From contig NC_057719.1 of assembly GCF_004010195.1 (NCBI RefSeq), forward strand, positions 93,687,510 to 93,751,509: DNA of 64,000 nucleotides, written 5' to 3'. Under the pieces are notes generated by a model, which searched no databases, was not told the DNA's origin, and saw only the letters and a program-made list of their open reading frames with translations. Shown piece after piece: positions 50,680-62,850 of the stretch (position 1 is its first letter; each line of letters starts with the position of its first letter). The DNA is from Chiloscyllium plagiosum. Its lineage: Eukaryota. The position numbers and the translations under genes are program-made.

Positions 50680-52440
50680 TAAAGGCAGGATTATTGGTAG
50701 TGTGGAATAACGGAAGAATCTTGGGGTCCACATCCATAGATCCTTCAAAGGCGCCAGGTACGTTAATAGGGGTGTTAAGAAGGCATGTGATGTGTTAGTT
50801 TTCATTAGCGGGGGGATTGAGTTTAAGACCTATGAGGTTATGCTGCAGCTCCATACAGCCCTGGTTAGTCCACTCTTGGAATATTGTGTTATGTTCTGGT
50901 CGCCTCATTATAGGAAAGAAGTGGAAGCTTTGGAGAGGGTGAAGAAGAAATTTATCAGGATGTTTTCTGGATTGGAGGGCAAGTCTAATGAAGAAATGTT
51001 GGGGAAGCCAGGGCTTTTCTCATTGGAATGAAAAAGGATGAGAGCTGACTTGATAGAGGTGTACGAGCTGATGAGAGACGTACGAAATGATGAGAGGCAT
51101 ACACAGAGTGGATGGCCCGAGAATTTTCCCATTGTGAAATGGCTATAACGATGGGGCATAATTTTAAGGTACTTGCAGTAAGGTTTATGGGACATGTCAG
51201 AGGTAGGTACATTACACAGAGAGTGGTGGGTATATCGAATGCACTGCCAGCGTTAGTGGTAGAGAGAGCAACATTAGGGACATTTAATTAACTTTTGGAT
51301 ATGCACAGTAAAATGAATTTCTCAAAATGGGGACCTGTGCCCGGTGGTGTTCCAAGGGGATCCGTGCTGGGTCCACTGTTGTTTGTGATATACATAAATG
51401 ATTTGGAGGAAGGTATCAGTTGCCTGATTAGCAGGTGTGCAGATGACACTAAGTTTGGCGGAATAGCAGATAGTGATGGGGACAGTCAGAGAATACCGCA
51501 GTGTATAGATTGATTGGAGAGATGGGCAGAGAAATGGCAGATGGGGAGTTCAATCCAGGCAAATGCGAGGTGATGCATTTCAGAATATCCAATTTAAGTC
51601 CTGGGAAAAATTGACGTACAGAGAGATCTGGATATTCAGGTCCATTATTCCTTGAAGGTGGCAACGCAGGTCAGTAAAGTGGTTAAGGCGGCATACAGCA
51701 TGCTTTCCTTCATTGGACGGGCTATAGAGTAAAAGAGTTGGCAGGTCATGTTACAGTTGTAATGGATTTTGGTTCGGCCACATTTGGAATGTTACATACA
51801 GTTCTGATCATCACATTACCAAAAGGATGTGGATGTTTTGGAGAGGGTGCAGAGGAGGTTCACCCAGATGTTGTCTGGGATGGAAGGGGCTAGCTATAAA
51901 GAGAGGTTGAATAGATTCAAATTAATTTTATTGGATAGACAAAGGTTTACTGGGGACCTGATTGATGTCTACAAATTCATGAGATGTGTAGACATGGTGG
52001 ATAGCAAGAAGTTTTTTTCCCCAGATTGCAGAACGCAGTTACTGGGGGTCACAAGCTCAAAGTGAGAGGGGAAAGGTTTAGGGCAGATATACGTGGAACG
52101 TTCTTTATGCAGAGGGTGGTGGGGGCCTGGAACGCGTTGCCAGCGGAGGTGGTAGGGGCGGGAACGATAACGTCATTGAAGATGCATCTAGACAGCTGCA
52201 TGAATGGGCAAGGAACAAAAGGATACAGATCCTTAGAAAATAGGCAGCAGGTTTAGACAGACGTTCTGGATCAACACAGGCGTGGAGGGCCGAAGGGCCT
52301 GGTTCTGTGCTGAAATTTTCTTTGTTCTTTTCTTCTTTGAATGGTCTGCAGGTTAGTTTGATCTTAGAGTAGGATAAAAGATCGGCAAATTATCAAGGGC
52401 CGAAGGGCCTGTGCTGTTCTGTACTGTTCTGTGTTCTAAA
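50680..52440 (+). mobile_element. Nested CR1 3' halves
   Basis: LLEYCVMFWSPHY; GVPRGSVLGPLLF, CADDTKFGG; two 3' tails (~52330 and ~52435). Confidence 0.9.
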
Positions 52441-53477
52441 TAGGGAGGGTCACAATGGCAGAAAGGTGTTTCCGGAGTCTGGAGAGGATAGGATCTGAAT
52501 GAATTGATACAGTTAGGAAGGTTTGCTCGGAGTGCTAGAGGCAACAGAAACACCAATGGCCTGATCTGGAACGGCCGACCCAGACTGGGAGGGCTGTGAG
52601 GACTGGAGGTGCTTCACAGGGAGGGAGGACCATAGAGCCACGGGGTGTTACAGAAATGTGGAGAGATGTAGGACCTGCACGAGTTCATGGAAATGAGGAG
52701 GTTGGGAGGTATGGAACAGTTTACACAGATAAGGATGTTGGTAGGATGGAATGGTTTACACCGACAGGAGTGTTTTAGGTGAATGGAGAGGTTTAGAGAG
52801 AAAGTGCGTCGGATAGACTGCAGAGGCAAACAGAGATATGGAGGGTTGTCATGGATGATGTTTATAGGTACAGGAAGGTGTAGGTTCTGCAGATTAGTTA
52901 GATGCGGAGGGTGTGGAGTCTGACAGATTTTCCAGAAGGGAATTAATTTTGGTTGGAGACACTTTCACAGATAAGGGAGCATTAGTAACCTCCTCCAGAA
53001 TGGCCAAATTGGGAAGAGTTGTCGGCGAGGGTGAAGCTTACACAGATAGAGGTGTAAGTGCTGGAGAAGGTTATTGAGATGAGTAGTGGATGAGAGACTG
53101 GAGGAGATTAAATTAATAGTGGGGAGGATGTTACACAGATACTGAGTCTTATAGGAACTGAAAGTCACATGATTTGGGGTGGGTTCTACAGGTTGGGAGT
53201 GCTGCAGGGACCTGAGAGGCCTTTTGGGTCTCCCCAGATTGATCGTGTATTTAGGACTGTAAGAGGTTACATAGATACGGAAACATTAAAGACAATGTGT
53301 GCCTTCCTCTTTATCCTGAACGAGTGATGATACCTCTCATTGGTCAGGATTCCTAAACCTGCTAACTTTTCCCTTCACCCTAACAGGGACATACTGGATT
53401 CTTGAGATCAAACTTTTAAAAGCCTCCCATTTGCCAGTCATTCCTTTTCATTCAAACAGACTGACCCAATTGATTTT

Positions 53478-53743
53478 AGTCATGATTTGCATGTGCCGGT
53501 GTTGGACTGGGGTGAGCAAAGTTAATAACCACACAACACCAGGTTATAGTCCAGCAGGTTTATTTGCAAGTACGAGCATTCGAAGCACTGCGTCTTCATC
53601 AGGTGGATGTGGAGCACAATCCGAAGGCACCGAATTTATAGCAACGGGAATGCAGTGTCATGGAATGAAATATTAAACAGGCTTAGATTAATCTTTCATC
53701 GTTTAGAATGATCACCAGCGCTTCCAAATCTACCACTTTCAAA
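53478..53743 (-). mobile_element. Penelope-type terminal repeat with a decayed hammerhead (53571-53602)
   Basis: Minus strand CTGATGAAGACGCAGTGCTTCGAATGCTC...aataaacctgctggactataacctggtgttgtgtg; plus-strand mirror at 54633-54690. Confidence 0.65.
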
Positions 53744-53745
53744 TA

Positions 53746-54630
53746 CAGAAGGACCTTGATTATCCAAATATCAATTAACCCAATATCAGATTACCCAAAG
53801 GAGATCTGAAGTCCCGATATAAACATTACATCAAAGAGCTGTTTCAACCCTGATTGTGTTTATTTTTTGTTTACATGGATTAAAACCGATCTCAGCTGAC
53901 CGAAATGCTGCCGAGAACAGTCCTGGACATCGAGCCCAAATACCATCTCCAAATGACTGACCTCCCACCCTCTCTCCCTCTCTCCCCCCTTCCTCAGATA
54001 TTCTCACGAACATTGTCCTGTACAGGGCAGAGGTGGAACTTTACGAAATGTTGCAGTAAAAATTTGTGTATGGCTGTCTGAACGTGTGCACATGCGTGCA
54101 TGTGCACGTGCGTGTACGCTATTTGGAGACTTGGCCCAGAAAAGACAGTAGATGTCTTACTGTTGGTGTCCACTCCAGCTGGTCAGAAGGGGAAGTGGAT
54201 GACGGTGGCAGGGGGGCCGTGGGCATGGGCATGGACATAGATTGGACGGTGGCTGTGGGGGGTGGGGGGCGGTTTTGATGGGTTTGATGACGGGCTGAGG
54301 GTGATGTCGAACGTGTTTGGAATGTGGGGAAATGCGGCGGGTGGAGGGCGAAGTCGGACGGTTTTGGAGCAGGGGTCGCTGTTGCGTGGGTTTGGGGCAG
54401 GTGGGAGCGGTGTTGGATGGGTTTGCAGGCGAGCGGGGTGTGTTTTTGCGGTCTGGCAGGGCGTGGGTGCTCGCTCATGGCTTGCTGCTGTCTAGTCATC
54501 TGAATAGGGAGCAGACTGGACTGAAAGGTCCGAGCCCCAGAGGAAAGGCATTGAATCGATTAACTGAATAATCAATTATCTGAACGAAATAGTGCCCGGC
54601 CATTTCGATCAGATAATCCAGATTCCTCTG
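53746..54630. mobile_element. Tc1/mariner-superfamily MITE
   Basis: TA TSDs (53744-53745, 54631-54632); TIRs CAGAAGGACCTTGATTATCC / CAGAGGAATCTGGATTATCT; no transposase. Confidence 0.7.
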
Positions 54631-54689
54631 TAAACCATCTGGACTATAGCCTGGTGTTGTGTGATTTTTACCTTGACCCAATCAACTCC

Positions 54690-56065
54690 TGCTCGATCCT
54701 GCTGAATGGGCCCAAAATTGGCCCAGTTCCAGTTTAAGACCTAAATCTGTCAACCTGTCTGATCTTTTTCCATAACTATGTTAAAACAAAGACAGTTGTG
54801 GTCACTGGACGCAATGTGCTCTCCGACTTATATTTCAGTCACTTGCCTGACCTCGATTTCTGAGGGAAGGTCCAGTGTTGCATCCGCCTGAGTAGTGTAC
54901 AGCCCTCTACGCCTTGGTTTAGGACACTTTCTTGGACATAGTTTACAAATTCCACCCCGTACGGTCCTTTTACACTCTGGGTGACCCAGTTAATCCAGGG
55001 GAAGTTAAAGTCTCCAACCAATACTACTCTATTATTTTTCTAGGTACCTGCAAACTCACTACACATTTGCTCCTCTCGTACCTGGCTCTAAAGAGTCTAG
55101 AACACGATCCCAGCAGACTGACCATCCCCTTTTTGTTTTTAACTTTTAAACATATGACCTCATTTGATGACTGCTTAATAGTATTATCTCTAAGCACTGT
55201 TGTTATGTCCTTCTTAATCAAAAGGACAACCCCCCCTCCTCACTTACTTGTCCTTCTGTCACGCCTGGAGTTTCTGTATCCTGAACACTGAGCTGCCAGT
55301 CCTGCCCTTCTCTCAGCCATGTTTCTGTTATGGCTATAATATCCCAGTTCCCAGAGGTAATCCATGCTCTGAGCTCGTCAGCCCTACCAGTCAGGCTTCG
55401 TGTGTTGAAATAAATGCCCTTTAAAACAGAAGTCTTTTCCCTCCCTCGATGTGCCCGTGGATATCCTGAATAGGAAACTTGCTCTTGATGGCTGATGTAT
55501 TTCCCCTGACTTTTCGATGGTCCCTCTCTTACTCAGAGTCACAACTCCCTACCAAACTAGTTTAAATCCTCCTGGGTAGCAAATCTCCTCCCTCGGATAC
55601 TGGTGCCCCTCTGCTTCAAGTGCAAACCATCCTCTTTGTACAGGTCACATCTACCCCAGAAGAGATCCCAATGACCCAAGAACTGAAAACCCTGCCCCCT
55701 TCACCTGCTCCTCTGCCACACATCCATCCGGCCTAACTTTCTATTTCTATCCTCACTGGCACGTGGCATTGGGAGTAATCTGGAGATCATTAACGTCAAT
55801 ATCCTGTTTTCTTAACTGCTCACCTAACTCCCTGTACTCATTTCACAGGACCCCATCCCTTTCTCTACCTCTGTCATGTAGGCCGATGTGCACAATGACC
55901 TCTGGCTGTTCACCCTCCCCTTCAGAATGTTCAGTAACTGCTCAGACACATCCTTGACCCTGGTACACGGGAGGCAGCACACCATCCTGGGGGCTCTTCT
56001 GCAGCCACACAAACTCTTGTCTGTCTCCCTCACAATGGAGTCTCCTATCAGTATCACTATTATTG
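54690..56065 (-). mobile_element. CR1 5' part: ORF1 SGNH-like esterase and ORF2 endonuclease
   Basis: IGDSIVRETD...VCCLPCTRVKDV (ORF1); VGDFNFPWINW (EN). Confidence 0.85.
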
Positions 56066-56139
56066 GAGAGGATCTGGCAAACAGAGACAGGGAGGAACTC
56101 CCTGAAGTTGGGTCCATATTAGGAAAGTGCTGTATTTTA

Positions 56140-57310
56140 AAGTGATACAGTGAGAACGCAGGGCCAGTGTGCTCTTTGAAGACTGAATAGTAAAGGCAGC
56201 AAGTACAGCGAATACTGATCAAGTAATAACGCGAATTTGCTAAAGAAAATACAGTGCAATAAAATTAGGTGAAGCCCTTCACAGGTATAGAGAGTGCAAG
56301 GGGACTGTGGAAAATGGGGGACAAACAATGGTCATGAAATATATTTGGCAGATACGATTGCGGAAAAGCCATAGGTATTTTATCAGCATCGTGAGTGGAA
56401 GACGATTCCCAGCGAAAGAGGGAGGCTGTGAGAAACCAAAAGCACAATCTGTGCATGGAGCCAGAGGAAGTAGGTGAAGTCTTCAATGTACACTTCCCAT
56501 CTGTATTCACACAGGAGAAAGGCATTGTAGCCGGGGATTTCACTTGGGATGATGATGTTCCCGAACATGTTAAGATCAATAAGGAGGGGGTATTAAGTAT
56601 TTTCACAGGCATAAAGTTGGAGAAATCTCCAGTACCCAATGAAATGTATCCCAGGCTGCTATGGGAGGTAAGGGAAGAGATTGCTGGCGCCCTGGTGGAT
56701 ATATTTAATACTTTGCTGGCCACAGATGAAGTGTCGAATGACTGGAGGATAGCTAACGTGGTTCCTTTATTCAAGAAGGGTAACAGGGATAGGCCAGGTA
56801 ATTACAGAGCAGATAGTCTGACAGCAGTGGGAGAGAAATTGGGAACAATTCTGTGGGACAAGTTGAATCAATAACTGGAAAGGCAGGGATCAATTAGTGA
56901 TAGTCAGCATGAATTTGGAAGAGGAAGATAATGTCTGATGAAATCAGCTGAGATTTCTTTGAAATTACGATTGAAGATATTAATGAGGGCAGTGTAGATG
57001 TTATGGTTTACATGGAGTTCATTAAGGCCTTTGACAAGGTCCCGCATGGATGGCCGGTCCAAAAGGCCCATGGGATCCAAGGCAAGTTGGCAAATTGGAT
57101 CCAAAATTGTTGGAGGGTTGTTTTTGTGATTGAAAGCCTTTGCCCAGCGCGTGTACCACAGGTATCTGTGCAGGAACCATTGCTGTTCATTATCGGCATT
57201 AAATCACTCGGATGTGAAAGCAGAAGATATCATGAGCAGGTTAGCAGATGATATGAAAGGTGAGGGTGTTGTCAGCAGTGAGGGGGATGGTCTCAGGCTA
57301 CTGTCTGAAG
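56140..57310 (+). mobile_element. CR1 ORF2 fragment
   Basis: DWRIANVVPLFKKG...NYR, KAFDKVPHG. Confidence 0.9.
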
Positions 57311-58654
57311 GTTGAGATTGGAATAGAATTTCGAGAGAGTCATTTCAATCGACAAGCCAGGCAATGAGGGAAAACTGATCAAATAAGCTGCATTTACTTC
57401 AATGTAAAAGGCCTGACAGGTTATACAGATGAACCCATGGCAGAAATGGGAGCATGGGACAGGGAGATCACAGGGTTTACAGAAGCCCAGCTGAGGGACG
57501 GATTGGACAGGCTGCTCAATTTTCCCTGGACAAATGCTATAGGAAGGACAGAAGGGGAGGCAAGAGAGGAGGAGGATTGGTGTTTTTGATCAATTAAACC
57601 ATCACTGCAGCGCTTAGAGAGGATATTCCTGGGGATCTCCCAGTGAAGCGGTATTACTAGAACTGAGAAATACGGCTGGATGATCAGTTTGATATGACGG
57701 TACTACAGGCCCGCAGTAGTCAGCGGGAAATTGAGCAGCAAATACGTCGGAGATCTCAGATACCTTTAAGAATGATAGGTTTGTAATGGTCGGGGATTTT
57801 AACTTTCTAAACCTAGACAAGGACAGCCAGAATGTTTCAGAGCTTGGATAGGAGGAATTTGCTCAGTGTGTTTAAGAAAACTATCTCAGTCAGTATGTAA
57901 GTGGTCTGACTGAAGAAAGGGATGAAACGTGACCTCCCTTCGGGAAACAAGGGAGAGAAAGAGGCTGAAGTGTTTGTGGGGGAGCACTTTGGCAAAGTCA
58001 CCACAATTCTATTAGTTTGAAAATAGCAATGGAAAAGGCCTGGTCCACAAGTACAAGATCAAAATTGGCCTTGTCCCAGTCCAAAAGGTATTAGGCAAGA
58101 CCGTCCAAAAGTTGATTCATGGAGGCTGTTTGCAAGTAAAGGGACGTCGGGCAAGTGGGATTCTTTCAAAAGATAGATAACGTACTATTTCAGGGGCAGC
58201 ATATTCCTGTTAGCTTGGAGGACAATGCTGACACAAGTGGGATGACTGGGGATATTGAGGTTCTGGTCAAGACAAAAGGGGGCACACGTCATATAAAGCC
58301 AGCTGGATTAAGTCAATCCCTTGAAGAACATTGTGGGTGTAGTAATACTCTTAAGAGGGAAATCATGAGGGCATAAAGGGGAACTGGCAGAGAAGGTTCA
58401 GGAAAATCCAAAGAGATTCCACAAGAATATTAGCAACAGAAGATTAACTCGAGACAGAATGTGACCCCTTAAAGATCAATGAAGCCATCCGTGTGTGAAC
58501 CCACAGGCAATGGGTGAAATCCGAAACAAAAATTTCAAGTCAGAACTTACTGTGGAAAAAACACTGGGGAAGCAGGGAAATAAACAGTGATGTATTCAAT
58601 AGAGTCCACATTGGAGAACAGGAGGTGCTGAACGTTTTAAAACGCATTAAAATT

Positions 58655-59401
58655 GTTGTGGTTCTGTTCGCCGAGCTGGGAATTTGTGTTGCAGACGTTT
58701 CGTCCCCTGTCTAGGTGACATCCTCAGTGCTTGGGAGCGTCCTGTGAAGCGCTTCTGTGATGTTTCCTCCGGCACTTATAGTGGTTTGTCTCTGTCGCTT
58801 CCGGTTGTCAGTTCCAGCTGTCCGTTGCAGTAGACGGTATATTGGGTCCAGGTCGATGTGCTCATTGATTGAATCTGTCGATGAGTGCCATGCCTCCAGG
58901 AATTCCCTGGCTGTTCTCTGTTTGGCTTGTCCTAAAATAGTAGTGTTGTCCCAGTGGAACTCATGTTGCTTGTCATCTGAGCGTGTGGCTACAAAGGATA
59001 GCTGGTCGTGTCGTTTCGTGGCTAGTCGGTGTTCATGGATGTGGATCGTTAGCTGTCTTCCTGTTTGTCCTATGTAGTAATTTGTGCAGTCCTAGCATGG
59101 GGTTTAGTACACTACATTGTACACTACATAGAGGTATGGCACTCATCCACAGATTCAATCAATAAGCACATCGACCTGGACCCAATATACCGACACTACA
59201 ACGGACAGCTGGAACTGACAACCAGAAGCGGCGGAGACAAACCACCATAAATGCCGGAGGGAAGATCACAGAAACGCTTCACAATGGGCTCCCAAGCACT
59301 GAGGATGTCACCGAGACAGGGGACGAAACGTATGCAACACAAATTCCCAGCTCGGCGAATAGAACCACAACAACGAGCTACAAATCTTCTCACAAACTTT
59401 G
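58655..59401. mobile_element. Inverted Penelope insertion with 14-bp TSD and two hammerheads
   Basis: aacgcattaaaatt at 58641-58654 and 59402-59415; minus arm ~58655-59120 and plus arm ~59130-59401 both match 35300-35815; hammerheads at 58691-58730 (-) and 59296-59335 (+). Confidence 0.9.
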
Positions 59402-60023
59402 AACGCATTAAAATTAGACAACTCCCTGGGAACTAATCAAGTACATCCCAGGACATTGGGGTAAGTTAGGGAAGAAACTTTCAAAGATATTTCTATCTCT
59501 GACCACCATGGGTGGTGAGCTGGGAGCTTGGAGGGTGGCTAATGTTGTGCCAGTGTTTAGGAAAGGCTGTGAGGGAAAGCCATGAACATAAACACCAATT
59601 AGCTTGATGTCAGTGGTGCCAATGTTGTTGGAAGCAATTCCGTGGAACAGGACTTACATGCATTTGGAAAGGCAACGATTGATTAGGGATAGTCAGCACA
59701 GCTTCGTGCATATAAAGTCGTGTTTCTCAAACTTGATAGAGTTTGTTGAAGAGGTGACCAAGAAGATGGATGAAGGCAGAGCAGTAGACATTGTCTATCC
59801 TGACTTCAGCAAGGCCTTAGACAGGGTTTAGCCTGGTCCACTGGTTAGTAAGGTTAGATCACATTGGATCAGGGAGAGCGAGACAAACGGACACAGAATT
59901 GGCTTGACAGTAGGAGACAGAGGGTAGTGGGAGAGGGTTGTTGTGCAGACTGGGGGCTTCTGCCCTGCGGTGTGCTATAAGCATTGGTGCTGGGGCCACT
60001 CATGTGTATTATTGACATAAACG

Positions 60024-60251
60024 NNNNNNNNNNNNNNNNNNNNNNNNNNNNNNNNNNNNNNNNNNNNNNNNNNNNNNNNNNNNNNNNNNNNNNNNNNNNN
60101 NNNNNNNNNNNNNNNNNNNNNNNNNNNNNNNNNNNNNNNNNNNNNNNNNNNNNNNNNNNNNNNNNNNNNNNNNNNNNNNNNNNNNNNNNNNNNNNNNNNN
60201 NNNNNNNNNNNNNNNNNNNNNNNNNNNNNNNNNNNNNNNNNNNNNNNNNNN
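60024..60251. other. Assembly gap (N run)
   Basis: Run of n. Confidence 1.
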
Positions 60252-61511
60252 GATAAGGTTAAGGAGAATCCAAAGAGATTCTACAGCATACAAGTACAAT
60301 ATAGCAACTAGAGAGACAATATAGCGCCTCAAAGATCAATGAGGCCATCCATGCATGGAACCACAGGAGATGGGCGTGACCCGAAATAAATATTTCATGC
60401 AGAACGTATTGTGGACAAAGACTAGGAAACAAAAGGAAAGAAACAGTGATGTCTTGAAAAGAGTCCCCCTTACAGAAGAAGTGATGCTGGAGGTCTTAGA
60501 ACTCAAAGGTAGAGAAAGCCCTAGGTCCCGAACAAGTGTATCCCAGAACATTGTGGCAATGTTTGTCACGGTCCCCACTGAGAGATTTTGGATCATTATC
60601 CTTCGTATTTCCATTGGGTGTAGGTGGCTGAGGGGTGCCCTTATAAAGATTTATAAAAACATGAGTGGTATACGTCGGTTGAATAGTGAAGGTCTCTACC
60701 CAAGGGTAGGGGAATCCATAACTAGAGTGCAAAAATATGAGTTGGGAGAGGAAATACTTAAAAGCGACCAGGGGAGCACATTTCCACACAGAGAATGGTG
60801 CACATATTGAATGAGCTGCCGCTGAAGTGGTAGAGAAAAGTATCAATTACATCATGGAAAAGACATTTGGGCAGGTACATGGAGAGGAGAAGGTTTGACG
60901 GGATATGGAACAAACACAGGCAAATGCGACTCGTTCAGGAACCGTGGTCTGCATGGACGAGTTGGATCGAAGGAACCGTTTCTGTTCTGCATGGCTCTTT
61001 CTCCAGTTATTGGAGGAGGGACTACTGAGACAAGGCATGTTGTAGTCACTGAAGCAAGTTACAGCCATGGAGATGGTACTCTGGAATGCAGTATACTTCA
61101 AATATGTGGAGGGATTATCAGGAAGGGAGGAGTTTACAGGGGCATGAACTGTTATAGGAGTTAAAATTTATTGAAGACACTGGTCCACGAGACATGGTAT
61201 ATGTACAGTGTTGGAGGGGGAACACAGACAGAAAGATCCCAGGCAGCACTCCCACACACTCATGGGAAGCCTGCTTTCCCCTTTGTTATACTGATGTTCA
61301 CTAAGACATCAGTAGCCTGAATTGATAACTGTGACACTCCCAATGCTGTCTCAGTGCAACAAAACTTACAGTAGGGGTGTGTCTGTACTGTGCTCCCCCT
61401 CTAGAACTGTATGAAGTCATGTCTTGTTAGCCGATATTTGGAGCCCTCTCATTACTCTCTGCTCTGTGCACTGTGAGTAATCTTAGCTCACTGCTGGATT
61501 TATTGAAGGCT

Positions 61512-62496
61512 NNNNNNNNNNNNNNNNNNNNNNNNNNNNNNNNNNNNNNNNNNNNNNNNNNNNNNNNNNNNNNNNNNNNNNNNNNNNNNNNNNNNNNNNN
61601 NNNNNNNNNNNNNNNNNNNNNNNNNNNNNNNNNNNNNNNNNNNNNNNNNNNNNNNNNNNNNNNNNNNNNNNNNNNNNNNNNNNNNNNNNNNNNNNNNNNN
61701 NNNNNNNNNNNNNNNNNNNNNNNNNNNNNNNNNNNNNNNNNNNNNNNNNNNNNNNNNNNNNNNNNNNNNNNNNNNNNNNNNNNNNNNNNNNNNNNNNNNN
61801 NNNNNNNNNNNNNNNNNNNNNNNNNNNNNNNNNNNNNNNNNNNNNNNNNNNNNNNNNNNNNNNNNNNNNNNNNNNNNNNNNNNNNNNNNNNNNNNNNNNN
61901 NNNNNNNNNNNNNNNNNNNNNNNNNNNNNNNNNNNNNNNNNNNNNNNNNNNNNNNNNNNNNNNNNNNNNNNNNNNNNNNNNNNNNNNNNNNNNNNNNNNN
62001 NNNNNNNNNNNNNNNNNNNNNNNNNNNNNNNNNNNNNNNNNNNNNNNNNNNNNNNNNNNNNNNNNNNNNNNNNNNNNNNNNNNNNNNNNNNNNNNNNNNN
62101 NNNNNNNNNNNNNNNNNNNNNNNNNNNNNNNNNNNNNNNNNNNNNNNNNNNNNNNNNNNNNNNNNNNNNNNNNNNNNNNNNNNNNNNNNNNNNNNNNNNN
62201 NNNNNNNNNNNNNNNNNNNNNNNNNNNNNNNNNNNNNNNNNNNNNNNNNNNNNNNNNNNNNNNNNNNNNNNNNNNNNNNNNNNNNNNNNNNNNNNNNNNN
62301 NNNNNNNNNNNNNNNNNNNNNNNNNNNNNNNNNNNNNNNNNNNNNNNNNNNNNNNNNNNNNNNNNNNNNNNNNNNNNNNNNNNNNNNNNNNNNNNNNNNN
62401 NNNNNNNNNNNNNNNNNNNNNNNNNNNNNNNNNNNNNNNNNNNNNNNNNNNNNNNNNNNNNNNNNNNNNNNNNNNNNNNNNNNNNNNNNNNNNNNN
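61512..62496. other. Assembly gap (N run)
   Basis: Run of n. Confidence 1.
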
Positions 62497-62499
62497 GTG

Positions 62500-62850
62500 A
62501 GCAGGCGAAGTGATGGCCTAGTGATATTGTTGCTACAGCATGTATCCCAAACCTCAGCTAATGTTCAGGGTAGAAGATTTGAACCCCATCATCTGAAATG
62601 GTGGAATTTGAAATAAATTATTTTTAAAATAGTATTTGACAATCCATCAATGCCATTATTGATGTACAATAACTCCAAACACTTCTGCTTTCAAGAAGGA
62701 CATCGGTCCATCCTGACGTGGTCTGCATGACATACCCACAGCAAAGTGTTTGCCTCTCAATTACCCTCTTAAATGGCCGAGCAAGTTACTCAGCTGAACA
62801 GCAGCTAATGCTGGGCAAGAAAGTTTGGTCAGCCAGAGACAGCCATATCG
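62500..62850 (+). mobile_element. Deu-domain SINE, degraded (paralogous position to 46560-46770)
   Basis: tRNA-like head gatggcctagtg...tttgaacccc; core ccctcttaaatggccgagcaagttactcag. Confidence 0.55.

Larger units (their letters stand above)
57370..61000 (+). mobile_element. CR1 ORF2 fragments (EN to RT to 3' end) interrupted by a Penelope insertion and a gap
   Basis: gtcggggattttaacttt (VGDFNF), DFSKALDRV, 3' UTR at ~60980. Confidence 0.85.

Noticed and set aside
61473..62513. 346-aa ORF (and ORFs at 59984-60332)
   Set aside because: Artefacts of translating through N gaps.
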